This document shows positions 50,025 through 58,890 of a DNA stretch of 64,000 nucleotides, in pieces (position 1 is the stretch's first letter; every line of letters begins with the position of its first letter). The notes beneath the pieces were generated by a model. It saw nothing but the letters and a program-made list of their open reading frames with translations. It was not told the origin of the DNA and did no database searches. Origin of the DNA: Macrostomum lignano (taxonomy: Eukaryota); assembly GCA_002269645.1 (NCBI GenBank), contig NIVC01000856.1, forward strand, positions 310,001 through 374,000, written 5' to 3'. A program made the position numbers and the translations under genes.

Positions 50025-50465
50025 CGCTGACACCCAATATGACCCTCCAGCTGACACCCAATATGACCTTCCAGCTCACACCCAATATGACCCTCCAGCT
50101 AACACCCAATATGACCCTCCAGCTGACACTCAATATGACCCTCCAGCTCACACCCAATATGACCCTCCAGCTGACACCCAATATGACCTTCCAGCTCATA
50201 CCCAATATGACCCTCCAGCTGACACCCAATATGACCCTTCAGCTGACACCCAATATGACCTTCCAGCTGACACCCAATATGACCCTCCAGCTCACACCCA
50301 ATATGACCCTCCAGCTGACACCCAATATGACCCTCCAGCTGACACCCAATATGACCCTCCAGCTCACACCCAATATGACCCTCCAGCTGACATCCAATAT
50401 GACCCTCCAGCTGACACCCAATATGACCCTCCAGCTGACACCCAATATGACCCCCCAGCTCACAC
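50025..50465. repeat. 24-bp minisatellite CCAGCTGACACCCAATATGACCCT
   Basis: About 18 copies. Confidence 0.92.
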
Positions 50466-50504
50466 CCCCCCCCAGCTCACCCAGACCCTCCAGCCCACCC
50501 AGAC

Positions 50505-51130
50505 CCTCCAGCTGGTATCCACCATATGGCCCTCCAGCTGGTATCCACTATGGCCCTCCAGCTGGTATCCACCATATGGCCCTCCAGCTGGTATCCACTA
50601 TGGCCCTCCAGCTGGTATCCACTATGGCCCTCCAGCTGGTATCCACTATGGCCCTCCAGCTGGTATCCACTATGGCCCTCCAGCTGGTATCCACTATGGC
50701 CCTCCAGCTGGTATCCACTATGGCCCTCCAGCTGGTATCCACTATGGCCCTCCAGCTGGTATCCACTATGGCCCTCCAGCTGGTATCCACTATGGCCCTC
50801 CAGCTGGTATCCACTATGGCCCTCCAGCTGGTATCCACTATGGCCCTCCAGCTGGTATCCACTATGGCCCTCCAGCTGGTATCCACTATGGCCCTCCAGC
50901 TGGTATCCACTATGGCCCTCCAGCTGGTATCCACTATGGCCCTCCAGCTGGTATCCACTATGGCCCTCCAGCTGGTATCCACTATGGCCCTCCAGCTGGT
51001 ATCCACTATGGCCCTCCAGCTGGTATCCACTATGGCCCTCCAGCTGGTATCCACTATGGCCCTCCAGCTGGTATCCACTATGGCCCTCCAGCCCACTATG
51101 GCCCTCCAGCTGGTATCCACTATGGCCCTC
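50505..51130. repeat. 24-bp minisatellite GGCCCTCCAGCTGGTATCCACTAT
   Basis: About 25 nearly identical copies. Confidence 0.94.
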
Positions 51131-51524
51131 CAAATTTTTCAACGCGAATTGCGAGAAAAATAAAGTTTAAGTGCACAAAAGACTCGTATTGATAATACTA
51201 CTGCTTATCCATGAGTGCTGAAATATCAGCAAAAAATGATACCCATATTCACCCATTACGAATACAATGCATAATAAATTTCTGTGCTTCCCAAGCAGAT
51301 TGGCAAATGCCAGTTTTGGGGAAAATTTTGACTTTTTTTCGCGCGTCTCTTGTTTGCCTTACAGTGTCGCCCTTTTCTGTTGCCAGTCAGGCTATGCGGG
51401 TTTTGGATCTGAATAATTTACTAAAGCGACTGTGCTTTATGGGCCTTCTGTTATAAGCGAGGCATATTCCGATCGAGTGCTTTAGTGGATTTTCGTGTCG
51501 GTAGCATTCAACGTTCCACTATAA

Positions 51525-52470
51525 CCAACTATGACCAATTAGAAGCTCTATATGACCCAATTAGTAGCTAATCTTTATGACCCAATTAGAAGCCAATCTT
51601 TATGACCAATTAGAAGCTCTATATGACCCAATTAGAAGCTAATCTTTATGACCCAATTAGAAGCTAATCTTTATGACCCAATTTGAAGCTAATCTTTATG
51701 ACCCAATTAGAAGCCAATCTTTATGACCCAAGTAGAAGCTAATCCTTATGACCAATTAGAAGCTAATCTTTATGACCCAATTTGAAGCTAATCTTTATGA
51801 CCCAATTAGAAGCTAATCTTTATGACCCAATTAGAAGCTAATCTTTATGACCCAAGTAGAAGCTAATCTTTATGACCCAAGTAGAAGCTAATCTTTATGA
51901 CCAATTAGAAGCTAATCTTTATGACCCAATTAGAAGCCAATCTTTATGACCCAATTAGAAGCTAATCTTTATGACCCAATTTGAAGCTAATCTTTATAAC
52001 CCAATTAGAAGCTAATCTTTATGACCAATTAGAAGCTCTATATGACCCAATTAGAAGCTAATCTTTATGACCCAAGTAGAAGCTAATCTTTATGACCAAT
52101 TAGAAGCTAATCTTTATGACCAATTAGAAGCTTATCTTTATGACCCAATTAGAAGCCAATCTTTATGACCCAATTAGAAGCTAATATTTATGACCAATTA
52201 GAAGCCAATCTTTATGACCCAATTAGAAGCTAATCTTTATGACCCAAGTAGAAGCTAATCTTTATGACCCAAGTAGAAGCTAATCTTTATGACCAATTAG
52301 AAGCTAATCTTTATGACCCAATTAGAAGCTAATCTTTATGACCCAATTAGAAGCTAATATTTATGACCAATTAGAAGCTAATCTTTATGACCAATTAGAA
52401 GCTAATCTTTATGACCCAATTAGAAGCTAATCTTTATGACCCAATTAGAAGCTAATATTTCTTTATGACC
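51525..52470. repeat. 24-25-bp minisatellite TGACCCAATTAGAAGCTAATCTTTA upstream of the NR1-like ATG
   Basis: About 38 copies. Confidence 0.93.
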
Positions 52471-52653
52471 ACCTGACAGCTAATTTCAATCATTGATTAA
52501 TCATTAGCTCGTAAGCTAATATCGATGCACCTTATCGATACGAGCTAATTTCATCGATTTATTTTACTCTTCTTAGCAGCAGAGCTCAGCCTAAGTCAAC
52601 CCGATACAGAAGCAGCTAAAAAATCTCTGTTGTTCATGCCAATTCCCTAAGGA

Positions 52654-55600
52654 ATGCCGTCCTGCCTACTGAAAGTAGTATTCCTGGAGCTGCTGATCGT
52701 GATTCATCATCACCTGTACTACAGCCAGGCGCTCAAACCATCCGGGAAGCTGGTCAAGGTGAACTTCACCGTTGCCGCCCTGCTTAGCAACGAGGAGACT
52801 TTAGCAAACTTTCGTAACGAGCTCCGGTCGCAGAGCGGCCGCCGAGTTTCGGTTGGCGAAGACACGGTGGTTGAGATGACGCTCAGCCCGCTAGCCGAGC
52901 AGGTGTCGGCCACGCCGCTGGAGACCGCCTATCAGATCTGCGACTCCGTGCTGAGCAAAACCAGCCGCCTGTTTGGCGTCATTGTCAGCCACCAGCACGA
53001 CCGATCTGAGATTGGGCCGCTCACCGCTTCATTCACCTGCTCGTTTTATCACATCCCATTGATTGGAGTCACAGCCAGGGACAGCAGCTTCTCAGACAAG
53101 TACTCGCACTCCAGCTTCCTGCGCACGGTGCCGCCCTATTCTCAGCAGGCTGACGGCTGGGCTCAGCTCATTGCCGCATTCGATTGGACTCAGGTTGTGC
53201 TCATTCACAGCTCCGATGTGGAGGGCCGCATACTGTTATCCAGGCTGGAGACTCTGTCTGAGCAGACCAGCAGCAGGTTCACCATCAGCAAAGCTGTTGA
53301 GCTGTACGATGATGATAGAAATTTCACTCGCGTGTTAGAGCCGGTTGCTAAAGAGCAGGTGAGTCTGGGATTAGAGAGTCTGGGATTAGGGAGTGAGAGG
53401 GATTAGAGGGTGGGGATTAGAGAGTAAGAGATTAGCGAGTGTGGGATTAGAGATTGTCGGATTAGGAGTGTGGGACTGGACAGAGTGAGGGATTAAAGAG
53501 TTTTGGATTAGAGAGTGACGGATTAGAGATTGTGGGATTAGCGAGTGTGGGATTAGGAAGTGTGGGATTAGGGAGTGTGGGATTAGCGAGTGTGGGATTA
53601 GCGAGTGTGGGATTAGGGAGTGTGGGATTAGCGAGTGTGGGATTAGCGAGTGTGGGATTAGGGAGTGTGGGATTAGGGAGTGTGGGATTAGGGAGTGTGG
53701 GATTAGCGAGTGTGGGGTTAGGGAATGAGGGGTTAGGGAGTGACGGATTAGGGAGTGTGGGGTTAGGGAATGAGGGGTTAGGGAGTGACGGATTAGAGAG
53801 TAAGAGATTAGGGAATGTGAGATTAGCGAGCGTTGGATTAGGGATTGTGGGATTAGGAGTGTGGGATTAAACAGAGTGAGGGATTAAAGAGTGTTGGATT
53901 AGAGAGTGACGGATTAGAGAGTGAGAGATTAGGGAGTGTGGGATTAGGGAGTGTGGGATTAGGGAGTGTGGGATTAGCGAGTGTGGGATAAGGGAGTGTG
54001 GGATTAAGGAGTGTGGAGTTCCGAATTAAGGTTGGCAGCCAAATTCAGCCAGTTCTGAAAACTAACAAAGTTATAAATGCTAAACTCTAAATCGCATTAG
54101 GGCGCAAATATTCTCACTACTCTACTGTCAGTAACAACCAACAGACATCGCCTTTAGTCATCACGGCCTCGCCTAACCGTGCCGCCTGCAGGTTCGCGCT
54201 ATTCTACTCTACGCTCGCAGATCCGAAGCCGTCGATGTCCTGCTCGCCGCCCGCAGTCTGGGCATGTTCGCGCCCGACTGGGGCTGGCTCGTGTCCGAGC
54301 AGACTCTAGAGGGCGCTATGGACTTGGACTCCGCAGCCGCCGGTAGCTCGGTGCTGCCGCAGGGTGTTGTTGGCCTCAGGCTGAGCCGCGGCTCCGAGCG
54401 GCTGCACCTGATCGATGCTGTACGCGTCATGCGCACCGGCATCGAGCGCCTGATTGAGAAGCGGTGCCGGCCCGACCCCAGCTCGGATGACTGCGAAGAG
54501 CTGCTCAAAGTGAACTCACCGAGAAGTTGCAGTGAGAAATCCGGCGGATCAATTTTCGGACGTCGGCGACGGCGTCGGCGAAGGTCGGTGCGCAGCATCG
54601 ACGACCGACGGCATCGGGAGCGGCGCAACATCGGCTCATTCAGGTTTAACACACGCCGCTATCGACGGTCGTACTCTTGGAAAGACGTTGGCAGCGCGCT
54701 TTACGAGTGAGATAATCTTTGATTTTTGAGTTCGCGTTCGATTCTTTGGTTGAGATTTCCAGTTCAATATGAGTGTTGGGATTTCCCGTTGGTTATGAAG
54801 GTTGGGATTTCCCGTTGGTTATGAAGGTTGGGAATTCCCGTTGGTTATGAAGGTTGGGAATTCCCGTTGGTTATGAAGGTTGGGTATTCCCGTTGGTTAT
54901 GAAGGTTGGGATTTCCAGTTGGTTATGAAGGTTGGGAATTCCCGTTGGTTATGAAGGTTGGGAATTCCCGTTGGTTATGAAGGTTAAGAATTCCCGTTGG
55001 TTATGAAGGTTGAGATTTTCCGTTGATTATGAAGGTTGGGATTTCCAGTTCAATATGAGTGTTGGGATTTCCCGTTGGTTATGAAGGTTGGGATTTTCCG
55101 TTGATTGTGAAGGTTGAGATTTCCCGTTGATTATGAAGGTTGGGATTTCCCGTTGGTTATGAAGGTTGGGATTTCCCGTTGATTATGAAGGTTGGGATTC
55201 CCGTTGGTTATGAAGGTTGGGAATTCCCGTTGGTTATGAAGGTTGGGATTTCCCGTTGGTTATGAAGGTTGGGATTCCCGTTGATTATGAAGGTTGGGAA
55301 TTCCCGTTGGTTATGCATTGTTTCAATTGTTTGGAACTTCCTGATTTCCAATTGACGGCAAAGGTCCACCTTTATAAAACTCACGGGATTGCCCCTTTGC
55401 ACACTCAGGTCGCTCGTGGCGGTGGAATTCAACGACGGCGCCACCGGCCGTGTGGCGTTCGACGCCAACGGGGACCGGCGCCACGCAGTCTACCAGATTG
55501 TCAACGCTGACGCCACAGGCCGTCTTATCCAAGTCGGCACCTACGGCGTCCCCATCACCATCGATCCGGCTGGCCCGTCGGCCGCCAGACCTCTTCCGGG

Positions 55601-56635
55601 TGTCAGTGTCGCTGCTGGCCGAGACGCGATAGGCGTGGGCGGCTACGTTAATCTGTTGAATGTGTCGATGGAGCTGGTGCGCTGGCCGGGAAACATGACC
55701 TACAGGTGGGTAGCGGCTGCCTGCATGCTCTACTTGATCCTAATCTACCTGACCCTACTCTGCCTGACCCTACTCTACCTGACCATATTCTACCTGACCC
55801 TACTCTACCTGACCCTACTCTACCTGACCCTACTCTACCTGACCCTACTCTACCTGACCATATTCTACCTGACCCTACTCTACCTGAACCTACTCTACCT
55901 GACCCTACTCTACGTGACCCCAATCTATACCTGACCCTACTCTACCTGACCATATTCTACCTGACCCTACTCTACCTGACCCCAATCTATACCTGACCCT
56001 ACTCTACCTGACCCCAATCTACACCTGACCCTACTCTACCTGACCCCAATCTACACCTGACCCTACTCTACCTGACCCCAATCTACACCTGACCCTACTC
56101 TACCTGACCCCAATCTATACCTGACCCTACTCTACCTGACCCTACTCTACCTGACCCTACTCTACCTGACTCCAATCTATACCTGACCCCACTCTACCTG
56201 ACCCTACTCTACCTGACCCTACTCTACCTGACCCTACTCTACCTGACCCTACTCTACCTGACCCTACTCTACCTGACCCTACTCTACCTGACCCTACTTT
56301 ACCTGACCCTACTCTACCTGACCCTACTTTACCTGACCCTACTCTACCTGACCCCACCCGCTCCCAACTGCGCAGGCGCCACATGAAGGACACCTGCACG
56401 CCCGGCGGCCACGGTCGCTGCTGGCGCGGCGTTGGCCGAGGCGGCGGCGGCTCCCGCGAGGTCGCCGGGGCTCCGTTCAGCTTCAAGCGCAAGACCACCC
56501 TGCGCGTGGTGACAAAACTGAGCAAACCGTTCGTGCTCAACCGGACCAAGGAGGCCAACATGAGCTGCATGTACAATCCCAATCCAGTCAATTTTAGCGG
56601 CGAAGTCGACTGCACCTGGCAGGATCCGAACTCAG
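52654..56635 (+). CDS. GRIN1: NMDA receptor subunit GluN1/NR1-like, 5' part (signal peptide, ATD, start of S1); incomplete in this window
   Basis: Exons 52654-53358, 54192-54706, 55409-55705, 56376-56635, phases consistent. NR1 motifs FYHIPLIGVTARDSSFSDKYSHSSFLRTVPPYSQQA, DGATGRVAFDANGDR, WPG, LRVVT...PFV. The next expected exon (CCxGxCIDLL) is not found up to 64000. Confidence 0.88.
53365..54015. repeat. 15-bp minisatellite GGGATTAGGGAGTGT, NR1 intron 1
   Basis: Direct reading. Confidence 0.9.
54770..55315. repeat. 26-bp minisatellite GGGATTTCCCGTTGGTTATGAAGGTT, NR1 intron 2
   Basis: About 20 copies. Confidence 0.92.
55730..56355. repeat. 15-bp minisatellite CTCTACCTGACCCTA, NR1 intron 3
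   Basis: About 40 copies. Confidence 0.92.
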
Positions 56636-56687
56636 GTGAGCGACTCGTGCAGGTTCCAGGATACTGGGTGCGGCATTCACCCATCCG

Positions 56688-58020
56688 TTTGTGTGGGGTT
56701 GGAGTGTGTGGGATTGGAGTGTGTGGTGTTGGAGTGTGTGGAATTGGAGTGTGTGGGGTTGGAGTGTGTGGGATTGGAGTGCGTGGGATTGCAGTATGTG
56801 GCATTGAAGTGTGTGGCATTGGAATATGTGGGATTGGAGTGTGTGGGATTTGAGTGTGTGGGATTGGAGTGTGTGGGATTGGAGTGTGTGGGATTGGAGT
56901 GTGTGGTGTTGGAGTGTGTGGGATTGGAGTGTGTGGGATTGGAGTGTGTGGGATTGGAGTGTGTGGGGTTGGAGTGTGTGGGATTGGAGTGCGTGGGATT
57001 GCAGTATGTGGCATTGAAGTGTGTGGCATTGGAATATGTGGGATTGGAGTGTGTGGGATTGGAGTGTGTGGGATTGGAGTCCCACCTACTATCTAATCTC
57101 TATCTCACCTTTTATAAAATCTCTATCTCATGTGTGGCATTGGAGTCTGTGGGATTGGAGTGTGTGGGATTTGAGTGTGTGGGATTGAAGTGTGTCGCAT
57201 TGAAGTGTGTGGGGTTGGAGTGTGTGGAATTGGAGTGTGTGGGGTTGGAGTGTGTGGGATTGGAGTGTATGGGGTTGGAGTGTGTGGGATTGGAATGCGT
57301 GGGATTGCAGTATGTGGCATTGAAGTGTGTGGCATTGGAATATGTGGGATTGGAGTGTGTGGGATTGCAGTTTGTGGGATTGGAGTATGTGGGATTGGAG
57401 TCCCACCTTCTATCTAATCTCTATCTCACCTTTTATAAAATCTCTATCTCATGTGTGGCATTGGAGTCTGTGGGATTGGAGTGTGTGGGATTTGAGTGTG
57501 TGGGATTGAAGTGTGTCGCATTGAAGTGTGTGGGGTTGGAGTGTGTGGAATTGGAGTGTGTGGGGTTGGAGTGTGTGGGATTGGAGTGTATAGGGTTGGA
57601 GTGTGTGGATTGGAATGCGTGGGATTGCAGTATGTGGCATTGAAGTGTGTGGCATTGGAATATGTGGGATTGGAGTGTGTGGGATTGCAGTTTGTGGGAT
57701 TGGAGTATGTGGGATTGGAGTCCCACCTTCTATCTAATCTCTATCTCACCTACTATCTAATCTCTATCTCACCTTCTATCTAATCTCTATCTCATGTGTG
57801 GCATTGGAGTGTGTGGCATTGGAGTGTGTGGGATTTGAGTGTGTGGGATTGAAGTGTGTCGCATTGAAGTGTGTGGGGTTGGAGTGTGTGGGATTGGAGT
57901 GTGTGGGATTGGAGTGTGTGATTGGAGTGTGTGGGATTGAAGTGTGTCGCATTGAAGTGTGTGGGATTGCAGTTTGTGGGATTGCAATGTGTGGGATTGC
58001 AATGTGTGGGATTGGAGTGT
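56688..58020. repeat. 15-bp minisatellite GGGATTGGAGTGTGT with block duplications, NR1 intron 4
   Basis: The spacer cccacc...tctaatctctatctcacc recurs at about 57080, 57400 and 57720. Confidence 0.9.
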
Positions 58021-58890
58021 TTGTCATGAACTGTTGCCAAGACAAAGAAATATAAAAAATAGCAGCATCAAAGTATAGGATATAAAGTAACGGTATACGA
58101 ATATATATTATATATTTAACACGCTCAAAAAACAGATAACCGCTCCGACCCAGCTCGAAACTCTGATTGGACCTTGCGCCAATCCTTAACAAAAGTTTTG
58201 TCAGCAGTTTTGCAAGCGAAGCAGCGTACAGAATAAAAGCAGAAATGGCACTAATAGTTTTAACGTAGAGTAGTTTAAACACGTGCATAAAATGAATGAA
58301 GCACTGCATTCATATATTACATCAGCTGCGACTTGTTGCTGAGCTCAGACTGAGCTCAGTTGCTTGGAGTGGAAGAGAAATGCTCTCGCTTGAAACTTCA
58401 GGCTTCAGGCAGGCAGCTGCATGGCTCATCATATCTGCGTGTTTTCATAATTTTGTTTTCAAAGCGGTGGCTTCTTTTAGAAGAAGGGTTTTTAAATTGA
58501 AAAAAAAGCATTGCTGTACAGAGTTGGTGAATAGTGAAACGCTGTTTGACATTTTCTTTGAAGAAAAAATGATAAAAATAAGTTGCGGAAGCAAGCGGTT
58601 AGGCCTAGTTATGTGGGGGGGGGGGGTTGGTTCTGCTGGCAAAATTTATTGACTATTACAAAGCTTTAGAATTTATTACGCTAACAAGCAAAGCGACACT
58701 TCTTCATAGTCTTTTGTTTTATATCATTGAAAACCAGAAGATAAGAAGACAAAAAATTGCTCAGAGACCATTGCCTTGACTTGCCTACAGTATTATTTAG
58801 TAGCGCTTCTGTTGCTAAACGTACTACTATTATTAGCACGAGAGAGTTCGAAGCGGGGCTCGGGGAGGTGCATGCTTTGACAGCCTCGGG

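Noticed and set aside
49832-51163. 443-aa ORF with LQLTPNMT and LQLVSTMA repeats
   Set aside because: Translation of two 24-bp satellites, open in several frames on both strands; no independent gene signals.
53365-54015. Interstitial telomere
   Set aside because: TTAGGG occurs only as part of a 15-bp unit, never as tandem hexamers.
56383-58055. Cys-rich (VCGIG/LECVG)n ORFs resembling keratin-associated or metallothionein-like proteins
   Set aside because: Translations of a 15-bp intronic satellite after the NR1 donor at 56636; the same holds for 33113-33951, 53532-53870 and 3413-3871.
58296-58652. ORF containing HCCTEL as the next NR1 exon
   Set aside because: It does not match the expected CCxGxCIDLL segment and lies in AT-rich sequence 3' of the LRR gene.
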